DNA of 64,000 nt from Eledone cirrhosa (Eukaryota). The position numbers and the translations under genes were made by a program. The stretch lies in the NCBI GenBank assembly GCA_964016885.1, contig OZ024740.1:343790001-343854000 (forward strand). Reading direction: 5' to 3'. The notes beneath the pieces were generated by a model. It was given only the letters and a program-made list of their open reading frames with translations, had not been told where the DNA came from and ran no database searches. This document shows positions 26,785 through 41,399 of this stretch, piece after piece (the first letter of the stretch is position 1; each line of letters starts with the position of its first letter).

Positions 26785-27789
26785 CCCTCTGGCAGGCGGA
26801 TCCGGTTATCAGTGGAGACTCCACCGCAACATTCTATAGAGGGCTGGTACGCAGCAGGTGCGACGACGCCCTCGGAGAAGCCCTAGACATGGAGGAGGAC
26901 GAACTGGCCGGCCTGTTCGGTAGGACATTCAACCCGGGACCTATGGACAACTTCCAGAAGTCCCTGGCCTGGCAGTGCTACCGAGGAGCTTTACCCGTTC
27001 GAGAAAGGCTCTACAGACACGGGCGCCCGGGTAGGGACCCCGCCAAAAAGATCTGTCCCAGATGCGTGTGCGACAAGGAAACCGTTGCACACGCATTGGT
27101 ACACTGCTCGGGCGTAGCCGATCTGTGGGGCTATGTCGAACAACTGCTGTCAAGGGTGGGACCGATCCGGTTGACCACCGAGTCTATTGTAATGATCAAG
27201 CCGCCTCCTCCCTTCAAAGATGAAGCAGAGGCGGTGTTTTTGTGCGTAATAGCCATGGCGAAAGAGGTTGTATGGTGGACGCGTCTGAAAGGACTGAGGT
27301 CAGGCACCTTTCTCTCTGGCCAACAACTGGTCCGTTTCTTCCGATATCATTTCGGAAGAAGGATCAGGATGGAGAGAGAGGTGCTGCACCCCAGTCGTTT
27401 TTATGAAAGGTGGGTGAAAGTGGCGAGAATGGCCCGTGTGAATGGGCCTTCTCTTTACATGAGCCTGTAGGTGGAAAAGAGGAAGGAACGAGGGAGCACC
27501 CCCTCTCTGTGCTCCTGAGGAAAAGGGTTGCACACTTTTTTCGGGGGTGTGTGCGACCCCCCAAGGCGCCTCCTCCCTATTGAGGATTTTGTTATAAATT
27601 TTATTTTTTGTTATATTTTATAACAAAATCCTCTATTAAGGATTTTGTTATAATTCTATTTTTTGTTATATTTTATTTTATTTTTATATATTGTTATTGC
27701 CTTCTCCCTATTGAGGACGCCTTGTTTTGTAAACTCCCCCCATTGTACTTGTCCCACTTTTGATGCCCTTGTGGCAAATAAAAGAAACA

Positions 27790-27790
<1 letters not shown>
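26785..27790 (+). mobile_element. 5'-truncated Tx1-like LINE, sister family B (ORF2 C-terminus and 3'UTR), bounded by (ATCT)n
   Basis: The peptide FYRGLV..CDDALGEAL...MDNFQKSLAWQCYRGALPVR...CPRC..ETVAHALVHC...VARMARVNGPSL aligns with the end of the 1139-aa ORF2. Stop at 27470. Confidence 0.92.
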
Positions 27791-27856
<66 letters not shown>

Positions 27857-27897
27857 ACATCTATCTATCTATCTATCTATCTATTTATCTATCTATC
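27791..27897. repeat. (ATCT)n between the two family-B copies; a further (ATCT)14 lies at 26729-26784
   Basis: Direct reading. Confidence 0.95.
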
Positions 27898-28447
27898 CTC
27901 CCCTCTTCAAAAACGAAGGAGATGCGGTGTTTCTGTGCGTAATAGCCATGGTGAAAGAGGTTGTATGGTGGACGCGTCTGAAAGAACTGAGGTCAGACAC
28001 CTTTCTCTCTGGCCAACAACTTGTCCATTTCTTCCGATATTATTTCGGAAGAAGGATCAGGATGGAGAGAGAGGTACTGCACCCCAGCCGTTTTTATGAA
28101 AGATGGGAGAAAGTGGCGAGAATGGCCCGTGTGAATGGGCCTTCGCTCTACATCAGACTGTAGGTGAGAAAGATGAAAGATAAAGGGACCACCTTCTCTC
28201 TGTGCTCCTGAGGAGAAGGGTTACACACTTTTTTCGGGGTGTGTGTGCGACCCCCCAAGGCGCCTCTTCCCTATTGAGGATTTTGTTATTCAATTTATTT
28301 TTGTTATATTTTATATTTTTATATTTTTATATTTTGTTATTGCCTCCTCCTTATTGAGGACGCCTTTTTATTTACATAAAAAGGCGTCCTCAATAAGGAG
28401 GAGGCATTGTACTCTTTGATGCCCTGGTGGCAAATAAAAAGAAAGTT
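27898..28447 (+). mobile_element. Second, shorter 5'-truncated family-B Tx1 copy, followed by (ATCT)3
   Basis: AVFLCVIAMVKEVVWWTRLK...VNGPSLYIRL. The 3'UTR is homologous to 27471-27790. Confidence 0.9.
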
Positions 28448-29249
28448 ATCTATCTATCTATATATGAATTTCTCTCCTCTTTCTTTACACACACACGGCC
28501 AAACACACACACACACTCAAACACACACATACACATACACACACATCTGTGTGTATGTAGGAAATAACTCTAGCTGTGAACATAAATAATATATATAAAT
28601 GTATATATTTCGTACGTTTCCATTTCATTTGTATATACTGTATATATATATATATATGTATGTATATATATAAAGAGAATAATATACAAATGTATTGAAA
28701 ACGTCATATGAAATGTATACATTGACGCATACAAACATACACAGACTCATACATGCATACATATATACACAGACTCATACATACATACCTACCTACATAC
28801 ATACATCTATACATACTTACAGTGCTGGTTATAGTTAATTGGCTGCAGCATTAAGATAGTGTTAAGCGTATTAGGTGTGTATGACAGTATATACCATGTT
28901 TGAGGGTCTTGTCATTAAAGAAAATAATTGTTTCGCTATGAAAAAATATCTTTTCGCTCAGTGAACATGTAATAGCTACCTCAGTAGCCGTCAGAATACC
29001 AGACAACTATTTTAAGTTTCGCTAATCTCTAATTAGTGGCATTCATTCACCGGTTCTGAGATTAAAATAGACTAAAGTCTATATAGATTTTTGCCTGGTG
29101 GACATTTGCTTGAGATGCTCATTTTAATACAGCAAATAGAAAACATTGCTAGAAATACAAAAAAAACAAAACAAAATAAAAAACGTATGCACGAACACAT
29201 ATATAAAACCAAAAGCATGCGTATTTCCCACTGTTGTTATAATGCTGGC

Positions 29250-29517
29250 CGTCTCCCACATCATGTTGCTCTCAAGACTGCACACTGGACCGAAGGGACG
29301 GCCAAAGGCCAGACGGTATGACAATCTTCCCGTTCGGTGGGGGTAGGCCCCTAATCTCGGATGCTACAGCCCCCAGAACACATCTTAGAGCGGTGTTGGC
29401 TGCCCGCAGGTGCGAACCCTACGAGGTGGAGTGGCTGTTACAGCGCGTCTCCCTCACCGTCTTCCAGGGCACGTCCCCTCCATCCTATTCGGCTGGGAAA
29501 AAGAGGCGGACGACCAA
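29250..29517 (+). mobile_element. CRE-like non-LTR retrotransposon RLE fragment
   Basis: DGQRPDGMTIFPFGGGRPLISDAT...LLQRVSLTVFQG matches the RPDG.T..P...G..L.WD.T and QRIS....RGNA pattern. Confidence 0.6.
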
Positions 29518-30097
29518 TACTTATATAAACACGCATACACACTGTGATTTACATGCCTACGCGCACAAAATATCACACACATACCTGGAATGAAACTTAT
29601 ATGCAGCCATACATTTCACCATACACATACTCGTGCAAATGTACACGCATATGTATCGATACTGCCACACATACAGATACTCAAATAAACGTACATGTGC
29701 GTACACTGATATACACTCACACAAACGTACATGTGAATACAAATACAAACATACGCGTACATACACACATGCGCACATATACACTCAAAGAAAGACACAT
29801 TCATAAATTCACAATCATACGCAAATACACCTATACAAATATACACTCAAACACACACATATATGTATATATATATACACACATTAACACTCACGTTTGC
29901 TTCAATAAGGCAAGAGAACTATACTGAAGATTAGAAATAATAATTGATTTTAATCTGGAAAATCTAACGAGAAAACAATCTAACGGGAATAAAATTAATC
30001 TTTTTATAATAATGTTTGACTTATTCATTATTAACATTATCATATTTTTATTACTCTCATTATCAACATTGATGGTCTTATGGTAAAGACATAATAT

Positions 30098-30770
30098 TGG
30101 TTTCTAATTTAGGCACAAGGCCAGCAATTTAGAGGAAAGTTAAATTCGATTATTTCATCGATGCCCGAAGAATTAAAGGCGAAGTTGACCTCGGCGAGAT
30201 AGGAACGTAAAGAGTCGGATGAAAATTCCGCGAAGGGTTTTATCCAACACCCTAACGATTTTGCATTCAGTTCTGCGTAAAGACGTAATATAATATTGAC
30301 AATAGAAATATCCTAGGTGGGGTTCAAGCTGCCTCTTAAAGGCAAGTAATTGCCAGAATCGGTGAAGCGTGGGAAAATTGCCTTGCCGTTTTTTGCATTC
30401 TGAATTCAAATCATGCCAACTTTAACTTCGTCGTTCATCTTTCAGGCCCTGATAAAATAATGTACCAATCAAATAATAGGGTCGATATAACAGACTATTA
30501 TCCCAACCGACAATTATTTGGCCTTTTGCCCTATTTACGAAACCAATATTATTATTAAAAACAGTAAGGGTTGTGGATTGACAGAATCGGTGGAGCGTCG
30601 GACACTATGCTTTGCGACATAGAGTTCTGATTTCAAATTCCGCCGAGGTTAGCTTTGCCTTTCACCCTTACAGGGTTGATAAAATAAAGCACCATTAATG
30701 CACTGGGGTCGATTTAATCGACTTTCCCCTCTCCCAAAATTGCTGGCCTTGTGCCTCTAGTAGAAATTAT
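30098..30770. mobile_element. Cluster of three SINE copies (two decayed; one long form on + at ~30567-30767)
   Basis: SINE core and tail motifs. Confidence 0.75.
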
Positions 30771-30968
30771 TATTAAAAACAGTCTCAGTTCTGAGGAAAT
30801 CTGTCTTTCTCAGAGTATCTGAAATAATTTATGGGTAACACCTTTCGAATTGTGCCACAGCTAAAAAAGGAATCTTCGCAATTGTCAACCCTTATGCATA
30901 TATGTATATGTATGTATTTCTTTATGCATTATTTTCACATATAAGTAAACACTCACTCCCTCGGTCTA

Positions 30969-31090
<122 letters not shown>

Positions 31091-31294
31091 CAATTGTTTC
31101 TGTCATAGATGCAATGCCATCACTTTTGTGGACATTAGTAGTTGATTAAATCGATCCCAGGCGTTGAATTGTACTTTATTTATCGACCCTGAAAGGGGAC
31201 GATGTAAAGTTAACCTCGACAGGATTTGCATTCATAAGGTAAAAACCGGAAAACACCGCTGGGCACTTTTGTTATCCAAAAAACAAGACGTTAT

Positions 31295-31450
31295 ACTTCT
31301 TCCTCTTGTTCGCCTGCTTATTCCCGAGAGAGTCGTGGGGGCAGAATCCTCAAATACTCTTTCCAGCGGGTCCTGTCAGAAGCAACCGCCTCCAATATAT
31401 CCGGCTGGATCCCCAAGCGAGACCAGCCAGGCTCATGAATGTTAGCCAAC
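31295..31450 (-). mobile_element. RTE 3'-end fragment related to 16321-16450
   Basis: Shares GGTC(C/T)TGTCAGAAGCAAC...ATCCGGCT.GATCC...GCTCAT. Confidence 0.6.
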
Positions 31451-31869
31451 GTTATACTTAAGAGATATAACAACTGGGGGAATGAAAAACAAAGCTATAT
31501 AAGATCGATTCCGGGGATAAAAACATTGTAAAATGTATGTATGATAAATATGGGCTTGTTAAAGATTTCATATATACAACTGTACACACACGGTAAACCA
31601 CGAAGACCCCACGTGTTGTCCTTCTCCGACACAACTATTTCCCCTCGGAAAACCCCCCTCTCGATGGATGTGAAATCCGAAATATAGGGACTATTAAATC
31701 GCTTCCAAGGTAACTCTATCTCGTATTATTATTTTTTTATATTTTTCCTACGTTCTTTTACGCTTTCTACGTCTCTTTCTACCCTTCCTCTTTTGTTACC
31801 CGGAGATTTACCCATCTGCATCGTTGAGGATTCCAAAACTATTATATATATATATATTTATTAAAATAA

Positions 31870-34750
31870 CAGATTAAAGTTTAAGCAAATAATCGCTGCT
31901 TTCACCCTTAACGGGATCTTCTGAAACTAACAAAGTCAATCTGTAAACGCAGAAGTGGATATTTAAAAAAACGTTGCAACCGGAGGAAGACAGGAAGACG
32001 ATACTTTGGTTCGTGGAAACGCTCGCTGGCAAAGAACGGGAAAAAACGAATATAATACGTCATTAATAGGAGCGGTGAAAAACAATTACGCGCAAAGATA
32101 GAACCACGTTTATGGTATAAAAGAGGTCGTAGACTAATGTTCTCTTAGGTGGTTCATAGAGACGTTCTCTGGCAATGAACGAAAAAAAAAACGAAGATAA
32201 TACGTCATATGTGGAGCGTGGAGAATAATAGCACGCAAAGACAAAACCACGTAAATGGTATAGCAGAAGTCGTAGACTAAAATTCTAACTAGGAGACCGA
32301 ATGAATCTCCGCTTCAGAGTTAGGAACAAAGTAAATAAATACAATACAGAAGTAATAGAAATAAATAAATACATACACGCAAACAAATACGTACATACAC
32401 AAGCATACGCAGAACACTTACCGTCGGTATACAAAACCACGCACATATAAATATGTGTGTGTGTGTATGCGTGTATACAAATAAATAAATAATTATATAA
32501 ACGTATATAAATAAATAAATACGTATATAACAAGCGCACACACATACCTACATGTAAATACACGAATGTTCGGAGACGTAAGTCAACCAAAACATGAAGT
32601 ACACATATACACACACCCTACATACGTACGAACCAGCATACTCACACAGACGCAAAACTCCTGTATACACATAGCCAAACCATATGTACCAGAATATATA
32701 AAATTATACGCCATAACATAAACAATCAAATTTACGTATGAGAAGGTATACGTACCTTCACAAAACATACGGGTAAAATATACTTACCTATGCAAATAAG
32801 TAATGGTATAAACAAAACATACTTAGCTCCCACATCAAGACGTAAAATATCCACGTATAAATCGTACTATCCGTTAGGGTATAACGTGGGGCTGTAATAC
32901 AGGAAAGTTTTGTGCAATTTATGTTTACAAGCCGAAATTGCCTCAGATTTTTTGTTTAAGATGTGGTCTGTGGCGTAGAGTATTTCCAGGGCCTCAGCGG
33001 CGCAGAGGTCACATGGTCTTTTATTTCCGTTATATGATCTAGCCCTAGCTAGGATCTCCCAGTGTAACTTATATTGGGTGTGGTTGTCTTTTAGACTCCA
33101 GATATAAGCTGAAAGTGACGTCATATTCCTTCTTAGAGGGTAACGAAAAGAATGGGTATGCATGTAAAGACGCTGCTTGAATCTATTGGCGGTTAACCCT
33201 ATGTAGGCCCTACGGGACGTGGGTGTTACAACCTTACATATGTAGACAATGTTACAGGGAGGCATTTCCCGGATAGGGGGCAATCAACCCAATTCCTACA
33301 ATTACAGTTAGTACTAACTACAGGGTTGCACGTGTTCCTACGGCCAGGCAGTTTAGATAAATTTGAAGCTGTGATGTTATGTGCATGGTTAGGAGTCGTA
33401 GAGTAAGAAATTTTAATAGTATTTCTATAAAAAATTTTACTATACTTATGTGTAGGGGGAAAATGCTTCGTAATAAGGGAAAGAAAGATCTTAGCTAATG
33501 GTGTGGCCACCTCCATATGATATGGTGGATTATACCAACAAATGCGACGGGATCTATTTCTTCTAGGTCTATTTTTGTACTCTGTATATGCTACCTTATC
33601 GACAAATCCACTTCGAGCAAGAGCTTCATTGTAATAAGTGGAATGGTCGTTGAAAATACGCTCATTGATGGAAAGACGGGAAAACCTCAACGAAACGTTT
33701 CTTACCAGGTTCTTGGTTATGCTGGCAGGATGGTTGGAATGCTTACTTATGTAATTAAGCGTATCATTCGGCTTTCTATACGGGTAATACAACCCATTCA
33801 ATAAATTGAGGGTAACGTCGAGGTAATTAACGACTGAGAGATTGGCCTCAACCTGTATAGAGAGGTTGAAGCCTTTAAAGAAGGCTGTGAGTTCTTTTCT
33901 GAACCTGTCGCACGCACGAGGTCCGCACTTAGTCATGGTCAAAAGACCATCGTCACGGTACAAACCACCGCCCGCGTTGGGGAATTCGTCCTTGGTAGAG
34001 GAAAGAAGGAAAAGGCCGATAAGATCAGTATCTCCGCAGAATCACTGGCGCCCATACTCACGTCGAATGGGGTACTATTGGATTTTTAATCCAAATAGAG
34101 TCGTCGAAATTAATCACCGACTTTCGGGCATTGAGGATGACATCAACTTCGAAATCCTTAACCACTGTGAGTGTTTTAGCGAAATTGATACCTCTAAGGA
34201 GAAGTGGTAAAGTGATGGAGGAGTAGTAATTGTTGATGTCGAATTGGATAAAACGGCAATGTTCCTTGTTACATATGCCGTTGAACCAATCAATCACCGC
34301 GAAAGAATTGTTCCATAGTGCAAGAGGGGCCAAAATTCTAATTTCAGGTATAATTCTATCAAGAATCGTTTTACTAAGTCTACCTAAATCGGACTTCGTA
34401 GGGTTAATAAGCCGATGATGGTATAAAAGAGATCGTAGACTAATGTTCTCTTAGGTGGTTCATAGAGACGTTCTCTAGCAATGAACGACAAAAACGAAGA
34501 TAATACGTCACATGTGGAGCGTGGAGAACAATAGCACGCAAAGACAAAACCACGTAAATGGTATAGCAGAAGTCGTAGACTAAAATTCTAACTAGGAGAC
34601 CGAATGAATCTCCGCTACAGAGTTAAGAACAAAGTAAATAAATACAATACAGAAGTAATAGAAATAAATAAATACCTACACGCAAACAAATACGTACATA
34701 CACAAGCATACGCAGAACACTTACCATCGGTATACAAAACCACGCACATT
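31870..34750 (-). mobile_element. Penelope-like element of Naiad type, 5'-truncated, with tandem pLTR
   Basis: RT plus GIY-YIG coding remnant. 34418-34748 is a direct repeat of 32112-32445. Confidence 0.88.
32867..34414 (-). pseudogene. Frameshifted PLE ORF: RT, CxC-x5-CP-x2-G-x-C linker and GIY-YIG endonuclease
   Basis: RLINPTKSDLG, QFDINNYYSSI, FDVSMGASDSAEI, GLYRDDGL, NYLDVTL, SNHP, WYNPP, CNCRNWVDCPLSGKC, IVY..YIG..FKQR..H, CDLCAAE, LNKKSE..CKH. About three frameshifts. Confidence 0.9.
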
Positions 34751-34980
34751 GAGATAGACCGCCCGACATCACCGGCGCTCTCTCTCTCAAAATTATTTTT
34801 GAAAAGCATTAGAAATGCGCTACCGGTAAAAACTTAAAACTAAAACTGAATACTAACCAATACTTATTACTAATTTTTACTTATTCCTAATTAAACTATT
34901 TTTCACTGGGAAAAATTTGTCACCATTTTCTTTTCCTTTTTCTAATATATCACAGCTCGTGTGTTACACCTCTATTCTTT

Positions 34981-35034
<54 letters not shown>

Positions 35035-35320
35035 TTTATCGTACAACACAAATTGCATTAGTCTTACCTCGCAGAAGTTTCATCCGCTCCATGATTTTTA
35101 CAGAACCTGTATTTATTATATGCAAGTCTGTATATAAGAGCGCACACTGAATTGGTTAGTGGTAAAAACGATGTTGTGTGGCAATATACATTCATATACA
35201 CACTTACACACATATATATATATATGTGTGTGTATATATAGATTTATTTATGCGTATATATATATATATATATATATACATATGCATATATATACATATA
35301 TATATATATATACACACATA

Positions 35321-35372
<52 letters not shown>

Positions 35373-36719
35373 TATTATATACACACACGCACACACACAG
35401 ACACACACATATATATATATATATAGGTATTCGATTACTCTTATTTCCTCGGTTTGACATGGCATACCAATCAGGTGATAAGTTTGTATTTCTTTGGACT
35501 ATGGTGATTATATCAGGTTTCCTACAGCTATCTACTCTGTTTGTTATGTATTACCATATTTCATATGCTTTGCTTATTCCAATATTTCTCTTCAATATAA
35601 CTTACTCAAGCTGTTACGAGTATATTCATACCAGTTACTGGCATAACTGACATATATCCCAATGCAAATAAACACCTGCTACATCATATCTGTGTAGGTA
35701 TTCAGTATAAGGCAGTACCTGTTAGACAACAAGCACATCATCTACCCTATAGTCAAACTGTCAATAAGACGACATCTAGCTTACATTTTCGTTCTTATTC
35801 CTGTTTTATAATTATTGTTGTGATTGTTGTTATAGATGACATTCTTCTTCTTTTTCTTCTTCTTCTTCTTCTTCTTCTTTGTGCCATATCCAGTATGGGG
35901 GATATCGCTCACAACACTAAAAACTGCAAGAAATGTCTGCAACGTACTAACGCCCCACTTGATACGACAGAAACGCAAAAATTGTGTATAGTGTTATAAA
36001 CAGGAAAGATTGTCTTGACGATCATGCCATTAGAACTAGAGTATATTCATGTCTTTAAAATAAGGTAGACTTATGTAATATACCAAACGAACGGCAATCA
36101 AGAACAAAGATCTGATATTTTAATGTGATAAAGGTCAACTGCTCAATAGTTGTGAGTATCTCGTCTGAAGCTGTGGAAGAAGACGGCATATATAATCAAT
36201 TAATGTTAAAATTACATCTCATTTATTCAAGTAATCGATTCTCCCTTATTCCTGTTATCAAACCTGTACTGGTCTATATAAGTTATATAATAATAAAATG
36301 TCACTAGTTTCTGGAAATGTTGGAGGTTTTTCTTTCGCATCTTCCAAAGAGATTAGTGGTACAGCGAAAATATGGAAAATATTTCCAAGGCGTCTCTATT
36401 TGTATTTGCTGTAATTGAAATATGGCATACTCACACACAGAAGTATTCATACACACCGTTATCCCAATGAGACATATGTACTCGCATTGCATAATTATAA
36501 ATACACCCCCAAAATGAAGTGCATTTATTCACATATCATCACGTTCGCATATCCACAAATGCTTGGCATCAAATTGACTTAAAAAACAAACAACATGGAC
36601 GTTTTGGTCACTGAATTGTTTTCTCAAAAGCGGAACTAACATAAATCTCTAAGAAAAACATCCATCCATTCATATACATAGTTATACGAAACTTTTTGAG
36701 AATCTATATCAGATCGCGC

Positions 36720-36960
36720 GGTTAAACCACTGGGAGTGAAGGACCCCTAGCCTTTGTCAGGGCATTCTTCTATGAGAAGGCAACTCAGGAAACTGGGATA
36801 ACTCCGATATAAAACTTGCGGCTCAGTAGTTACCGATGATGTTGATCTTTTCTTCATTTCGGGTTATAGCTACTGTCGCTCAGAGAGTGGGATTGGCTCA
36901 GTGCACAGTCTTTCCTCGCTTTAAAAAATATCTTCAGGCGCAGGCACTGCACGATAGAAT
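36720..36960 (+). mobile_element. RTE-like 5'UTR fragment
   Basis: TAGCCTTTGTC...GAGAAGGCAACTC...GATATAA is shared with the reverse complement of 47225-47285. The clade assignment is from recall. Confidence 0.4.
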
Positions 36961-37159
36961 TAATTAATAATTATTAATAATGGTATATCGTGCAATGGCC
37001 ATGTTCGGTGGCGAGGGGGCAGCCATTATCATGTATGTATGTATATATAATATAAGTGTGTGTGTTTGTGTGTGTGTATGCCTCCAAGCATATGTCACTT
37101 GCTCATTAAAAAAAAATATATACGTTTTAATACGTTAGATTGATACACGATGTTATCTC

Positions 37160-37253
<94 letters not shown>

Positions 37254-37645
37254 CATACATAGAATAAACAAAGTAAATACTGACATATTGTTAACATAAA
37301 TTCTATAGAGTTATACAGAGAGTTACGCCGAAGTCAAACAAAAAAGGACAAAGAGACTTTTAGGCAGTATGACATTCATAATGTATGGATCCCGACTAGA
37401 CATAACCTGAATGGATGATTGGAATGATAAGACATAAATGTCAATGGTAGAAAGAGCATTATTTTGTCTTTTGACCACACAGGTTGTATAGTTCTTCTAA
37501 TGTATAGTTTTATATATGTTTTATTCTTAATATCACCATTTGAATGGATCTTATGAAGGGTAAAAAAAAAATCAAACACTGAAAAGCAATAGCAATTGCA
37601 AGAAAAACGTGTCAACATTATAAAAAATAAATATCATTCGTTGTC

Positions 37646-37688
<43 letters not shown>

Positions 37689-37794
37689 CTCTCACTCCCT
37701 CTCTCTCTCTCTCTCAATCTCACTGTTTGTCTTTATATATATATATAGCAAAGTTGAAAAAAAAAACGAAATATATATAGACATACACACGCAC

Positions 37795-39241
<1,447 letters not shown>

Positions 39242-40130
39242 TGGCCATGGAAAGCATACATTTTCTTTAATGACTAGGCTCATCATGTTGTCAGTCAAGA
39301 CTTGCCACTTCCCGTGGTGTAGACACTGGCGAAGAAAGCGGAAGCAACCGGAACTAATGTTGATTTAAGCTTCACTGCACATTTCGGTCAATATTTTAAT
39401 AGCTTAAATCACAATTTCTCAATTTCGGAAATACATGTGAGCACACTCAAATATTCACACACACAAATGTATATACATAAACACAGCCACATGTGCATGT
39501 ACGTATGTGTGTTAGTGCGTTTATGCCTGTATGTGAGTGTGTGTGTGTGTGTATGTGCATGAAATGCCTAGTTGATTATTACCGCTGATGTAGTGTAATT
39601 TCATTAGATTCTTCTTCTTCTTCTTCTTCTTCTTCTACTTCTTCTTCTCCTTGTCATCCTCGCTGGTTCTTCCTTTAATTGTAAAAATTGATCGCATTCT
39701 TCTGGACGGTATTTAGGCAGGGACTATATATTATAATAAATTAGCATCCGTTAATGAATGGCTTAGAAAGGACGTTCACAAACGTACGTACGTACATACA
39801 CACACATATACACACACACGCACTAACATACACACACACACATGCACACATACAACCATGCATACAAAGAGAACGTTGCCAATAGAAATAGGAAATACTG
39901 TTTCATTGTAACAAATAAATGAAAAACGGCAGCTATTCTACCTTCTAATTTGGTTTTAATGCAATGGTTAGAAAATAGGATAAGTATAAGATAGGATACA
40001 TCGTATTAATTAAATCGTCACTCAAGTGTAATGTCAAATATCTGAAATGATTTCTCTTAGGGTGATCTATCTATTTTGTAATGTTCAATAACAACCATAA
40101 CGAGACCAACAGCATAACAAATATAATAAT

Positions 40131-40460
40131 AATTGTTTCTACTTTTTGGCACAAGGCCAGCAATTACCCACCGCATTATTGGTACTTTATTTTATCGACT
40201 CCGTAAGGATGAAAATGCAAAGTTAACCTCGGGCGGGATTTGAACTCAGAATGGCAAGGGCCAATAATAATGGTTTCTGATTTCAGCACAAGGCTAGCAA
40301 TTTTCGGGGAGGGGTAAATCGATTAAATCGACCCAAATGCGTGATTGGTACATTATTTTATCGACCCCGGATGAAAGGCAAAGCTAACCCCGACAGGATT
40401 TGAAGTGACAACGTAAAGGGCCGTAACTCCATGTCGCGAAGCATATTATCCTGACTGCTA
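40131..40460 (-). mobile_element. Two tandem SINE copies
   Basis: Core and tail motifs. Confidence 0.8.
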
Positions 40461-40562
40461 GGCAAGTGCCTCCTCGCAATTCTCCTCCTCCAATCTACAG
40501 GCGTATAATCAAGGCAGGTCCATTCACTCTGACCAAAATTCCCACTCTCACCCACCTTTCAA

Positions 40563-40777
40563 CACCTTCGGGTGGTTTTCTGCAAGCATATGTAGTGTGT
40601 ATATTGATATTATACGCAAATATACATGCATGTAGATATGATACGTCAAATAAAATCGTAACTGAGAATATGAACAGAAATATGTACAGAAATTGAAGAG
40701 AGACTGTGTTACATTCTCTTTTGTAATCACTAAAGTTATCCATGATACATTTAAAAAATACGATATTATATATATAT
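40563..40777 (-). mobile_element. Interspersed repeat, inverted homolog of 50251-50446 (possible Helitron 3' part)
   Basis: Its reverse complement aligns by eye with 50251-50446. Confidence 0.6.
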
Positions 40778-41399
40778 TGCATTACGGCCAAATGTTATGA
40801 AAACGAAAAAGCAGAAAATTAGCGACAGAAATATAAACGTAATAAAACGATGCAAATATATGAACGTTTATATAAGCGATGTGATATAGCGTACGGCTAT
40901 ATATGTTATGATATAATGGACACTAACCGGAAGGAAGTGAATCTTAAAGTAAGCAATACATTATATATAATAATATTTATGTTTAATCAAGAGTTACGAA
41001 ATTTAGTAAATAAATTACATAATATTCATTCATCATTTATTCAAGGTAATCCAACTTATTTTAATAACGTGTTCAGAAAAAATGTCCCTGACACAGTACC
41101 GCAGTTCTCCAGTCATTATATAATAAATCATTTTTACTGTTGTTGTTTCGGTTAATGTTACAACCGTGGCTGAGAAGGTATATGATTGGAGCAAACTGCA
41201 AACTGTGTATTGTGAAGGCTTAGGAAGAAGGAAACATGCAATCAAGAAATATTGACAATGAAATTATCAGAATAGGAGAAACCACTGTAATCTGGGGCCA
41301 TTTTGAGAAACCACGTAGGAACATACATTGTTCGAACTACAAAGTGCAAGTAATTGGTTCCATTTTCGAGTTCACGACTTACAGTTCCTTATTGAGAGT

